NCBI GenBank assembly: GCA_051599415.1
Contig: AP039693.1
Location: 496,001 to 560,000, forward strand
From: Savitreella phatthalungensis
Taxonomy: Eukaryota
Reading direction: 5' to 3'
DNA: 64,000 nt
Under the pieces are notes generated by a model that searched no databases, was not told the DNA's origin, and was given only the letters and a program-made list of their open reading frames with translations. Shown piece after piece: positions 50,940-62,261 of the stretch; position 1 is the first letter of the stretch, and each line of letters starts with the position of its first letter. The position numbers and the translations under genes are program-made.

Positions 50940-52838
50940 CTACCGCGACTGCGTGTGGGCGGTGTTTGCGTTGTGATCAGTATTGTCTTTGGAGGTTGGT
51001 GTTGGTGGGTGGTGTGGAGCGAGACGGACTGCTAGCCAACGGTAGGCTAGGACTACTCTCCTCGCTAGCGCTCTTCGCCACCTGTCTCTTGCGAGTGTCT
51101 GGATGATGTAGAACGTGCCGATGGATGACCTGAGGATGGCGAGCGAGGCGATGAGCCAGATGGAGACGACTCTGCGATTCGCGTACGGTTCGCAGGATCG
51201 GGTGGCTTCTTCGCCGACGTCTGAATCCCAGACGTTCCTCACACGGCCTTTGGCCTCGGCCGACGCGACAATCTCCTTCCCGGCCTGCAGCACACACAGC
51301 AGCCAGCCTGCAGGCCGCTCTGGGTGTTTGAGACGTCGCTCGCTCTGGTACTGGAGCACCGTCATCGACACCATGAACAGCGCACTCACCGCCACCAGCA
51401 GCGTCAGCATCTTCATAGACCGCCAGTTCAGCAACCACAGCTGCTGAACAGTCCTAAGACCACGACGGAACTTCGAAGGCGTCCCAACAGCTCGACCTTC
51501 CACCACAGGCGAGCTGTCCACGCGAACGCCAGACTTCTCGTTGATGTACTGGGTGACGGTGCGGTCGCGGTCGAGGGCGGTCGCTGCTGAGCGTGGGTCG
51601 TCTGGTGGGTGGATGGTGTTGGAACGGAGTGGTGAGTTTGCTGGGGCGTTGTGGGATCGGTGTATGGGTGCGACGACGATGGAGGAGGATGATGGGGTGG
51701 TGTCTGCGTCGGAGGTCGAGGTGGCGGTGACCGCGTGCCCGACAATCTCGACCGGTTTGCCCCTGCCGACGACGACGCGCTCGACTGGAAGGCCTTCGGC
51801 AGTGTGCTCTGTCCACGACATCCCCAGACCACGCTTCGAAGACCCTTGACCACCGCGGTCGTCCTCGTGTCCGTCCACACCCAGGTGGTCCCACGCAGTG
51901 TCTCCTGATCCACCAGGTCCCAAATCCGCCGTGTACGCGTCCTCGTCATCGGTCAAATCGTTCTCGTCATCGGTCTCGAAATCAGACTCCGTCTGCTGGT
52001 CTCGGCGCCGGGTAAGTTGGGCCTCGCTGTCCTCGAGCGCCTGACGCTCGTAAGCGCGGAACACTTTGGTCATCTTTCGCATCGTGGCGAGGTGGATTGG
52101 GATGGCGAGGAGTGCGAGTGCGGCGTTTGGATAGCAGATGTAGTTGACGACGAGCTTTGTGCGGAGGAAGCAGAGGTGCGGGGAGTAGTGCGCGTACTCG
52201 CCCTTGAACAGCCACATGAGTCCGAGACCGAGCGAGACCACCCAGGGCCCGACCACGAGCAAGGTGTTCATCCTCGACCTCCCCATCGACGCAAACCCGA
52301 GCGGAGAGAAACCCCACACGATGTACAGGTGCAGTTGGAGGAGGCGAACGAAGACGGCCATGGCGGCGGCATAGCAGGCGACCGTGAGCCCAAACGCCTG
52401 GGCTGCACACAACCCACCGCCTTTCATCTCTGCCGAGATGGATGAGATCTCGTTTGCACACAGGATTTTCTCTGGTTTCCGGATCGTTGTCCAGACGGAG
52501 ACGGTGTTGAGGCCCGCGGTCGCCCAGAGCTGGGAGACGGCTGCTGGGGAGGAGCCCGTCTCGCTGTAGGGGAGGATCATCTGGGTGAATCCGATGGCGG
52601 AGACACCGAAGAACGAAAGCGTCTCCCACCGCTGGACCCACCGATTCGCCTCCCACTCCCGAGGGAACATGCTGTGCGACCACGGGCACGACACGCAGCA
52701 AGCACCACCAGACGTCGTCGCATTCGCAAGCCCCGGCACACAGTTCCGGAACAGTGGACCGGACGGGTGTACAAGCTCGTTCACCCCAGACAGCGGGACC
52801 AGCGGTGCTGGGCAGTAGTCAGGCAATGCTAACGCCAT
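50940..52838 (-). CDS. Putative 7-TM GPCR (GprM/MG00532-like, Cys-rich N-terminus)
   Basis: N-terminal CPAPLV...C...CCVSCP; seven hydrophobic segments; extracellular C.N..S.....LCAAQ; WLLCVL...SC before TM7; long acidic third intracellular loop. Confidence 0.7.
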   Translation of the reverse strand: MALALPDYCPAPLVPLSGVNELVHPSGPLFRNCVPGLANATTSGGACCVSCPWSHSMFPREWEANRWVQRWETLSFFGVSAIGFTQMILPYSETGSSPAAVSQLWATAGLNTVSVWTTIRKPEKILCANEISSISAEMKGGGLCAAQAFGLTVACYAAAMAVFVRLLQLHLYIVWGFSPLGFASMGRSRMNTLLVVGPWVVSLGLGLMWLFKGEYAHYSPHLCFLRTKLVVNYICYPNAALALLAIPIHLATMRKMTKVFRAYERQALEDSEAQLTRRRDQQTESDFETDDENDLTDDEDAYTADLGPGGSGDTAWDHLGVDGHEDDRGGQGSSKRGLGMSWTEHTAEGLPVERVVVGRGKPVEIVGHAVTATSTSDADTTPSSSSIVVAPIHRSHNAPANSPLRSNTIHPPDDPRSAATALDRDRTVTQYINEKSGVRVDSSPVVEGRAVGTPSKFRRGLRTVQQLWLLNWRSMKMLTLLVAVSALFMVSMTVLQYQSERRLKHPERPAGWLLCVLQAGKEIVASAEAKGRVRNVWDSDVGEEATRSCEPYANRRVVSIWLIASLAILRSSIGTFYIIQTLARDRWRRALARRVVLAYRWLAVRLAPHHPPTPTSKDNTDHNANTAHTQSR

Positions 52839-53797
52839 TGTCACTTGTTCGTTCTCTCGGTATTAGATGTTGTGAAGGCGAGGCAGGAGCTGGGATTGAA
52901 CGAATGAAGGAGCGAAAGTCAGGATACCTCTGAGGAGTAAGGTTGCCGTAGATCGCCTTCTTGTGGTGAGCAGGTCGTCGGCTTTTGCAGGCAGCCGTGC
53001 GCGCGGCCTAGGTGATGGCGTTTGGCGCAGCAGGTCCGTGGACGTCTCCAGGACATAGAGTCGCGAATGATCGCCAGTGAGCATGAGGAAGATGAAGAGA
53101 GGAGGGTTGGAGCCGCGTAGGGAAGAGAGCAAGCGGGAGGTCACGCGTCACGCGGGATGTCCGATCATGGCGATGACCGCGACAGCCTGCCCTTCTGAAT
53201 TTCCCAAGAGCGACTGGTGACCAAGGACGAGGTGGTCACGTTGTCGCCATCGGTATGTGGGCTCTACTGTTGAGGGATGACTGTCGTGAGCGCATCCGGC
53301 CTCGAGACCAGTCCACGCGACAACTCTGGCACACCCACGGTGAACGCAATTTGGAAACGAGCGACAGTCAAGGGGGGTGAGCTTACATGGGGGATTCCAT
53401 AAGTCCCTTTGAGCGCAGTCGGACAGAACCCGATACGGAGCTTCACCTGGGACAGTGTCTGTGCAGAGGTAGGTCTGCGCTCCACTGCAGTGCACCTGAT
53501 GGTTTAAGGAGAGATCGTTTTTGTGATGTCATATGATATGAGATATAGGACTATGAGAGACTACTTAGTGTACATTGGAAAAGAGGAGGGCTGGCTGGAT
53601 TCGACGGAGTGACGCTGCGCCGGTGTACCGTTGCGCTTGGGGTAGTGTCAAACCATGAGGGATTCAGCTTTTGGGCCGACCTAGATCATGAAGGTCATGA
53701 GGAAGAAAGAATTGGAAGCAGAGGTCCGTTGAGAACGTGAAGTGGTAACAGAGGGAATGGGTCGCCTGCTTTTTTAGGTTCGACTGAGCTCCTTGGT

Positions 53798-55285
53798 TTA
53801 GAGCTGGAACTTGAAGTAAGGCGATGCGTCACCCATCTCGGCGAGCTCCTGGCGGGTGTAGGTGGCTGCCTTGCCAGAGTCGATGTCACGCTGCTTCTGA
53901 CGGTTTGCAAAGGTGACTGCGACAAAGTTGATGATGGTGAAGGAGAGCGCGACGACACAGAGGATGATGTCGATCGTGAGTCCGAACTTGTACTTGGGTG
54001 CGTCCTTGGCACGGAAGATGTTGGAAGAGATGGTTCCAGCCATACCGCCGATGCCGACCTGGATACCGATGACGGTAGCACGCTTGGTCTTGCCGCCGAT
54101 GTTGGAGGTGAGGAGGGCGACCATGGGAGGGAAGGCAGAGTAGGAGCCTGCGGCTGCGAGGAACACTCCGGCGTAACGTGCGTGCAGGTTCTTGACGCTG
54201 ATCATGATGGCCCAGCCGATGATGGCGACGATGAGCATACCGCAAATGACGGGTGTGCGCATGTACTTGTCAGCCAACCATGCAGAGGTGATGACGCAGA
54301 CGGCGGCGACGATGTACGGTGGGACGGAGTGGAGCTGGGCAGAGTCGGTCGTCGTGTAGCCAAGACCCTTGATGATCGAAGGCAGGGAGAGTGCGACGGA
54401 GTAGAGGGAGGCGAGCATGGTGACGTAGATGACAAAGTTGATCCACAGCTTCCAGTCGAGGACACCGCGGCGGACGTACTTCCACTGGAACGAGTCGTCG
54501 AAGGGCACTGGGTGGCCACCGTCATGGTCCATCTTGTACTGGAGCACGCGCTTGTCCTCCTCGCTCAGCCAGAGTGAGCGCTGTGGGGAGTGCGGGATGA
54601 AGAAGTAGGCTGCGAAGGCGACGACGACGGTGAGGAGACCCTCGATGACGAAGATCCAGCGCCATCCACGGAGTCCGCCGATGCCGTTCATGTGGTCAAT
54701 GCCGTATGCGAGCAGACCGCCGAAGGCGCCTGCGACAGTGGCAGCAGAGAAGAAGAAGGCGATGCGGAAGGCCATGCGGGAGCGCGGGTACCAGCAAGAG
54801 AGGAAGTAGGTCACTCCTGGGAAGAGACCTCCCTCGGCGAGACCGAGAGCGAGACGAGCGACGAGGGTGGTTGCGAAGTCGGTGGTGAAACCGAGACCGA
54901 TGCAGGCAGCGCCCCAGAGGACCATGATGAAGGGAAGCCAGACCTTTGCGCCGAACTTCTTCAGCATCAGGTTCGAGGGAACCTCGACTGCTGCGTAGGT
55001 GAAGAAGAAGCAGGTCAAACACAGGTTGTACTGCTGGTCTGTGAGGTGGAGGTCCTTGACCATGCCTGCGATCTTGGCGTTACCGATGTTGGTACGGTCA
55101 AGGAAGGACATGAGGTAGAGGATAGACATGACTGGGAGAATGCGAAGATCCATCTTGCGGATGATGGGCTCGATGTTCTGAGCGGCGAGGTACTCTGCAT
55201 CACTGTCGACAGAGTGGATGCCGGGCGAGAGAGACTTCTCTGCGTCGACGTTCTCGACGAATTGGTGGTCAGCCTTGTCAGACAT
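53798..55285 (-). CDS. MFS anion:cation symporter family transporter (Tna1/Dal5-like)
   Basis: RKMDLRILP..LYLMSFLDRTNIGNA, EVPSNL, GLAEGGLFPG..LSCWY, GWRWIFVIEG; start taken at ATG 55285. Confidence 0.9.
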   Translation of the reverse strand: MSDKADHQFVENVDAEKSLSPGIHSVDSDAEYLAAQNIEPIIRKMDLRILPVMSILYLMSFLDRTNIGNAKIAGMVKDLHLTDQQYNLCLTCFFFTYAAVEVPSNLMLKKFGAKVWLPFIMVLWGAACIGLGFTTDFATTLVARLALGLAEGGLFPGVTYFLSCWYPRSRMAFRIAFFFSAATVAGAFGGLLAYGIDHMNGIGGLRGWRWIFVIEGLLTVVVAFAAYFFIPHSPQRSLWLSEEDKRVLQYKMDHDGGHPVPFDDSFQWKYVRRGVLDWKLWINFVIYVTMLASLYSVALSLPSIIKGLGYTTTDSAQLHSVPPYIVAAVCVITSAWLADKYMRTPVICGMLIVAIIGWAIMISVKNLHARYAGVFLAAAGSYSAFPPMVALLTSNIGGKTKRATVIGIQVGIGGMAGTISSNIFRAKDAPKYKFGLTIDIILCVVALSFTIINFVAVTFANRQKQRDIDSGKAATYTRQELAEMGDASPYFKFQL

Positions 55286-56095
55286 GGTTACTGTTGTAAG
55301 TACTGTGTGAAGGAAGTGTGGTGAATGTGCCGATGGATGGAACGAACTGCTTGTCGATGGGATGACAAGGCGGTTGTTGGGTGGAGGTGGTGTTGGTGGT
55401 GAGGTGGTGTTGGTGGTGAGGAGGAGGAAGAAGGCCTTCGAGGTTAGACTCGAGGTCGATGGAGAAGGATGAGTGCGACGACCGTCCTTCTTATACACAC
55501 AAGTCCTGTCATCGAGCGCGAGAGCGAAGGTGCGTGGTGGGCGAGTCCGGGGTAAGATGGCGAGGCGAGCGTAGCATGATGGTGTGAGAGATGGAGGGAT
55601 GTAAGGCCTGTGGAAAGGGACGTGGGCAGGTCCAGTCTTGTCCCACCGACTACCCCAGATTTCTCATCCTACGCAAAGAGAACTTAGACACCTGGACTGA
55701 AGGTAACTCTAACAACACAAGATAGATCTCGGGGACTCCTAGACGTGGAAGGTAGATGTCGACGTCCAGGCGCCATACAGGCAACAAGGTAGATTGACAG
55801 GCAAGAGAAGGAAATTTGAGTAGGATTTGAGGCGCCTGGGAAAGGGATCCGTTCTCGTTATCCGGATGTTGGAAGATGTCAAGAGAACGCGACAACCCTT
55901 GTCAGACTTTAGCAGAGGCTGGACAAGGTATGGGAGTGGAGTGTGGTGTGATCCAGACCCTTGTGAGTCATGAACCCGAGTATCCGGTTACGAGATTATT
56001 AGCCTAGATTGAGATCCAAATTTCATAGAATCACAATTACACACAAACACACCTACACACACACACAAACACACACCACACATTCACGGCGTAAC

Positions 56096-56140
56096 AATAC
56101 ATCCTTGGAAATCTAGAGTTAATACATCCTTGGAAATCTA
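56096..56140. repeat. 20-nt direct repeat with 25-nt period
   Basis: AATACATCCTTGGAAATCTA at 56096-56115 and 56121-56140, just downstream of a CA-rich tract. Confidence 0.9.
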
Positions 56141-59100
56141 AAGTCCATACCTTTGGTAGCTTGAGTCAGCGGGGATTGAAGGATAGTTTAAGCTTGTTGT
56201 GTTTCCTCATATGTTAGACGCGTAAGTTAGATGACAGTCGGGATACCTGCTCCAGTTTCCTATGCCATTGAGGGAGACGATGTAATAAGCCTTAAGAGGT
56301 TTGGCAGAGGTGAATGGACGCGTTGGTCGGCGGATCGCTCGGCAGGCAAAATCAACAAAACCGTCAGCTTTGACCTAAGCCCAGGCAAGGAGCACAAGAC
56401 TGAGGATAAGTTTGGATTGACTTTGTGCAGATATGAAATGGAATCTAGTGATCTCGAGAGGGGACTAGTCATAGCCTTAACTGAAGAAAATGACGGTCTA
56501 CATCTTGATCAAGGTGGGAGGTCAATGCGCTGGCTTCGGAACTGGCTATCATCACTCTTTGGTGGCTGCCTAGATCATATCTCTTCACGGCTAGCTCCAG
56601 ATTATGGTGAATCTCAGAGATCTAAGGTTGGGCTGGATTAGTATCAGGTATGCTTCAGATCTAGACCATGTGAGAGTGATTGGAAGGGTTGACTTGTGCT
56701 AGATTGACACTGAGGTTAAAATTAGGGTTGGGAATTTGATCAGAACCCCCAGATTAGACTTACTACCTAAAGCAAATAGAGTGTCAAAATGTGAGAGAGG
56801 TCAAAGGTCAATCCCGCTTCAACTGACTGCATCAGGTAGATGAATTCTTGACGAAATGGAAAATAAGCGTTTCATCAATCTAGCATGCAGCAGTGAATCT
56901 TACAGATCTTTTCCCTCTCAGATACAATTGCACAGCCCCGCTTAGTACCTGTCAAAAAACGAAATGAACAGAACAGCATCAGGTCATCACAAGTCTTGGT
57001 CTGAACGAGGTATGGCAAAGTAGGAGGTTAAATGTGCCGCGGATGTTGAATAGATGGGCAGCAGCTTAGGGGACTATACAGAACGGCTCAGAATTCACGA
57101 GAACGAGACTCTTTTTGATTTTTTGAGCTGGCCTGGGTTATTGTCCCGAGAGCGGTATGGAAGGGTCATGTCATCCTGCCTTGGTCCCCTCTCTTTCGCT
57201 TCACTTGTCTTCTGCTGTAGGCTGGATTTTACTCCTTCTGGGTTTTATGGCGCGATCTTACGCGGATGGCGGATCTAGACGTCTCCACGTCCGCACTCAT
57301 CCATCGAATCAACATTCACACAAAGAGTCACCAAACTGGACACGGCAAACAATTCCAACAAGCAATCAACGAACGACCAAAGCCTCATCCTCTCCTCCGC
57401 ATATCCCACTCTCCAAATTGCCATGCTGACTCGACTAAGCCAGAAGAGCTTCAGCGCATCGTCGATAGGTCAAGGTTGAAGGCAACATCCGCGAGCGCCT
57501 TACATGAGCGCAGTGCAGCGGTATGAACCCCATAACGCTCGAGAATGAAGGCAGGCAATGGACAATGGCGAACGGGACATACGGAGAGGCGTATTGCCAA
57601 CATGACCCTGTCGAATGTAGAGCGTGTGGGGAACGAGCATCAAAGCCCGGCCCAATCTCGTCGCTCGCTCGGACGCACACTCGCAGTGTTGTCCCCGTCT
57701 AGCGCGATGCACGCATCCAATTTCAGGACATACAATACCACCCCTCCACTGACGTGATCTTGTCCGTTGCGCGTCAGGCGACAACTGCAGCTGACGTGTG
57801 TTGAGGCGACGACGCTCAGGTCTTTTGATCGCGCTCTCGCCAATGTATATGTGTGTGGGAAGAGAATTTGTCGGTTGTGCTTGTGTGCATCCTGTCGTGG
57901 ATATTGGATTGATTGAGTAAGCCCCATAGAATGCTCCGTACCCCGGATTTCCAAAGCATCCGCAACGCCATCGCATCACATCGCATCCGCGCATGCGTAT
58001 GCGGCTACGCGAGAATCTGGGGTAATCCTCCCAAAAAAAATGAGCCAACCCAAGCCTCGAACCATCCATCATCACAACCCACCGCTCGTCATGACACTGC
58101 CGCAATATCCTCCAGTCCGGTCTGGCCAGCCGCAATCCCCACGAAGAAGCTGATACCGGTCATCGCTTACGGCGCGATCGTCATGATGATGGTCACCTAA
58201 GTCCTCCTTCTTCTTCGTCATGGGTATCCACCCGAACGCTCGCGCGCGCGAACGAGCGAGCGAGCGAGTCAGCGAAGGAGGCTCAGCATTGGCATCGGGT
58301 CCGGTGTAAGCGGGAGTAGACTCTCGCTTGGAAGTGGGTGTGTGTGTGTGTGGGTGTGAGTGGGTAGGATAGGATACGATGGCACTCTCAGCTCATCTCA
58401 GCCTGCGGGCGATAGGACTGCGTGGTACGGTGACCTACAGTGATAGAGCGAGTGATCACAAGATCGACCTGGAGTGATGGGTTGTGGTTGTGGAAGTCAC
58501 CAATCCTTTATACACCTGTCGTCCTCGGCTTGGTATCAATTTCAGACTACAACATATAGACGAGCGTATGAATGGACCAGGTGCAAGTGAAGGAGTGCGT
58601 GACAGGCGGTGCAGCGCTAGCACATGTATTTTCATGACCTTCGGGACGATCGAGAGGACGTCCGAGAAAATCTTTTCAACTGTTGAGCACGAATGAGGAT
58701 CGAGTGTTGCGGATTGTGGCTCAGGTGTGTTGGACAAGGTTTTGGTGGTGGATGGGTGGGGGTCGACGATGACTGGTGTTTGGTAGTTACAGAAGATGAC
58801 ATTGCAAGCTCGCCAAACTAAATTCTGAATCCACCGTCACCAGCTAACCCCCACACCAAACCACTAAACCCCACGGGGTAGATAGTCCGGCCGGACAGTA
58901 TTCACTACACTGAACCTCTTCCTCAAGATGTGATCCCTAGCTCACCGCGCAGGCCAGTTCAGAGTTTGTCTCTTCGGAAATGACCGATAGGAGGATGACG
59001 GTCAGAAATAAGAGTAGTCTGGATGAACTCGACATGACAAAAGTCTCGCTTATCCGTGGTTTCATCACGGCGCTTGAGAGGACGTAGTCTTCAGCAGATA

Positions 59101-59304
59101 GCTCGATAGATCTAGGACTCGGCTGTCGGTGGCTCAGCCGCTCCTGAGGCATGTGCAGGCGGATACAGGGGGTTGCGCGAGTTGTCCGGGCACGGATAGT
59201 TGGATCTGTGCTGGTCACGGCAATGGACGAGTCACAGGAGGAGAATGACAGCATGGGATGTACTGTATATGTAGATAGTTCGTGATATTATGTGACATGC
59301 AGCA

Positions 59305-60942
59305 TCAGGCATCGCCCGTGATTTGGTCCCAAATCCGACGACCTAGCGATCTGTTCTTTGACGAGTCGACCAGGGAGTTGGAGTCGGCAGATAGCCTCGT
59401 GTGAATACCGTCACTCTCGCCGTACAGATCCAGTCTGTCGGAGTCGAGATCCATCTGGAGCGGGTGGACGATGCGAGTTCTGTGGATGAGCTTCCAGAGG
59501 ACGTAGCCGAGTGCGGAGACTGGGAGCAGGATGTATGCAATCACAAAGTTGGCCGCATCGAAGGGTGCAAAAGACGAGTAGCCTTGGATGAGGGTAAACA
59601 CAATGTTGAGGAAGAGGCCGAGTGCTGCTTGCCAGGGCTGCCACCAGGACCGGTAGGGCAGCTCTGACCTGTCCCGGCCTTGAGCACGCCATCCTGCCAT
59701 GTGTCGAAGGTGGATGAAGTTGATTGCACCCCAGACGATGAAGGTCGAGACGGATGAAATGTTAACGAGGGCAGAGTATGTGCGTCCAGCGCCCTTGTTT
59801 GTGTTGACAAGGGCAACCAAGCCGAACAGACCGCAGAAGATGACACTTGGCAGTGGGACACCACGCTTTGTCGTGTAGCGGAAAACACGTGGTGCTTTAC
59901 CCTCTGTCGCCATGAATGTCAAGCATCGGGAAGAGATGTAGATGCACGAATTCATGGCGGAGATGACGGCGACGAGGATGAAGGCGTTGATGAGGTTCGG
60001 TGCGGCGTTCCAACCAGCGTTGACGAGGGCGATCGACATTGGCGATGCCGCTGCTTTCGAGCTGGCGGAAATGAGGTTTGGAGCGGTGTAGGGCACAGTG
60101 AGGGTGTAGAAGAAAATTGTACCCATGTAGATGACGATGATGCGGATGAAGACCTGTTTGATGGCGATCGGAATTGCCTTGACTGCATTTTGCGTCTCTC
60201 CAGCCGTCACACCGATCGCCTCCACACCGGCGTAGTACGTGGCAACGTAGGAGAAGACGCTCGCCACACCAGCAAACCCGTCCTTGAAAGCGCCTGGATC
60301 GCGGTAGTAGCGGAAACCCAAATAGCCCTTATCACCGACTGCACCGGTATCGATCAGGATCGCGCCGATGAAGAAGGCGAGGAGACCTATGAGTTTGATG
60401 GTTGCGAGCCAGAACTCTGCCTCTCCATATGCGCCGACGCCGACGGTCGCAAAGGCCGTGAAGATAAAGGTCAGAATGAGGATCCACGCCCAGACTGGTA
60501 CTGCGGTGGTCCAATACCGCAAGATCTGGCTTGTGACGTTGACCTCGTTCGCGAGCACAGACACCCAAATGAGCCAATAATTCCAGCCAACCACAAGGGA
60601 GAAGGCGTCGTCTGCAAAGCGTGCGCTCCAGGTGGTAAAGGAGCCGCCCTGTGGGTAGAGTGTGGAGAGTTCTCCGACAGACTGCATCACCAGGAATGAG
60701 AGGAAGCCGACGAGGGCGAAGACGATGATGACGGCGGCGGGACCTCCAGCCGCCAGAGCTCCGCCTGAACCGACCAGAAGACCAGGTCCGATGATGCCGC
60801 CGATCGCAATCATCTGGATGTGTCGCGATTTAAGGACGCGTGAGACGCCGGCATTGCGCTCTGGCGGGACTGCTCCAAGGGCCGTACCATCTGAGGCATC
60901 ATGGTGCTTGTCATAGGCATTATGATCTTGGCTGACGCCCAT
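59305..60942 (-). CDS. Amino acid permease (APC/YAT family)
   Basis: LKSRHIQMIAIGGIIGPGLLVGSG, YGEAEFWLATIK, LGFRYYRDPGAF, AGETQN, LPYRSWWQP; start taken at the first in-frame ATG. Confidence 0.92.
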   Translation of the reverse strand: MGVSQDHNAYDKHHDASDGTALGAVPPERNAGVSRVLKSRHIQMIAIGGIIGPGLLVGSGGALAAGGPAAVIIVFALVGFLSFLVMQSVGELSTLYPQGGSFTTWSARFADDAFSLVVGWNYWLIWVSVLANEVNVTSQILRYWTTAVPVWAWILILTFIFTAFATVGVGAYGEAEFWLATIKLIGLLAFFIGAILIDTGAVGDKGYLGFRYYRDPGAFKDGFAGVASVFSYVATYYAGVEAIGVTAGETQNAVKAIPIAIKQVFIRIIVIYMGTIFFYTLTVPYTAPNLISASSKAAASPMSIALVNAGWNAAPNLINAFILVAVISAMNSCIYISSRCLTFMATEGKAPRVFRYTTKRGVPLPSVIFCGLFGLVALVNTNKGAGRTYSALVNISSVSTFIVWGAINFIHLRHMAGWRAQGRDRSELPYRSWWQPWQAALGLFLNIVFTLIQGYSSFAPFDAANFVIAYILLPVSALGYVLWKLIHRTRIVHPLQMDLDSDRLDLYGESDGIHTRLSADSNSLVDSSKNRSLGRRIWDQITGDA

Positions 60943-61980
60943 ATCGGTGAGCTGGATATATTCCGCCAGCTTCACAACCTATCTGACCAAATCTTGAAGG
61001 GTGTCGGACGAGGAGAGTAGGCAGAGTCAAGGAAAGAGGAACAGAGTGCATAAGGTAGGATTCGGAGAGTGCCAGACCTGTCGCGGAGCCCCGCGAGTAG
61101 ATGGGGCTCTGATTGTTTGAACTCATTTCGATCGCGTCCTCGTTTAGGTGCAGTTAAGTGAATGGATGCGCAATCGGTAAGGAGAATGCCGATCACGCCA
61201 TCGGAGAAATCATCCGTACCCTGCAATGTATAATCACAGGCAGCACAACAAGTCAGAAATCATAGCATATATAGCAGTGTCCTTATTTACCTGAGCAAGT
61301 GGATTCGCTCGGATGGCAGGTGGTCGCCATGGGTACTGAATGGATGGTCAAGGTCGTGTAGGAGACATTAGAAGATGTGCAGCGTCAGGTCAGTGTAAAG
61401 AGACATTGTGCATCCATGCCTCAATTTAGAATGTGTAAAGACGTCACGTGCTGACACTGGTAGTTTTTCGTTGCCTGTGCTGTTCTCCCTGCATTCATTC
61501 ATTCATTGTGAGGAGAAATGAACAATGTATTGCAATTGTGCATTCAGGAGCGGCCGTTGCAGCAGCGAGATCTTGATACATTAGCTATCGACAATGAAAT
61601 GGACAATCAACAAAATTGTATTGAACGATATGTTATCTATTGTCTGTTGCAATAGAATTGATAGTTTGACAAGTGGAGTTCGATCTATCTGGAGTATGAT
61701 CAGTAAAACTCCAAATCCAGTTAACCTGAATTTCACATCTCCAACCAATCAGAATCGCATATACCATCACCGAGTATATCTTCATCTGTCACCTATCACA
61801 TCTTGCACTTGACAGGCTGGCCAGGGTTCAAAGGAGTCTGTAGTACCGTCAGTAGCGTATGAACTTCAAGGTTGATTCACATGGGCTTGCCCAGACCCCA
61901 TCTATACGGCAGTAGTCAGGCGGTAAGGCAAGCGTGCACCAATAGCTGACAATATACAGCTCAATGGGTACCTCCCTCTA

Positions 61981-62035
61981 CTTGCCTTGCCTTGCCCTGT
62001 CTTGCCTTGCCTTGCACTGCCTTGCCTTGCACTGC
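61981..62035. repeat. (CTTGC)n pentanucleotide microsatellite
   Basis: About 11 imperfect CTTGC/ACTGC units. Confidence 0.9.
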
Positions 62036-62261
62036 CTTCCGTTGCATGCATCCAGGCCCTCCTAACGAGTCCAGTCGATCACGTAGTAGCAAAGCATGTA
62101 GCACAGAGCACTGAGCATCAACAGCTCGCTTTCATGAATTCGGTGACAGCTCAAGCGGAGAGACAATAACCCCGATCGACTTGACTTCTGACGCATTCTT
62201 CACAGCCCTTCTTTGACAAGCACCGGACCTACCACAAGAGTCTCTCTTCTTGTTAGCTGTC

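Noticed and set aside
56722..56732. TTAGGGTTGGG, telomere-like or a possible telomerase RNA template (AACCCTAA on the minus strand)
   Set aside because: Single short match expected by chance; no pseudoknot or CR4/5-like element recognised nearby.
57500..58135. 211-aa minus-strand ORF in the long gap
   Set aside because: Non-ATG start, R/C/W-rich composition typical of noncoding translation, and no codon bias.
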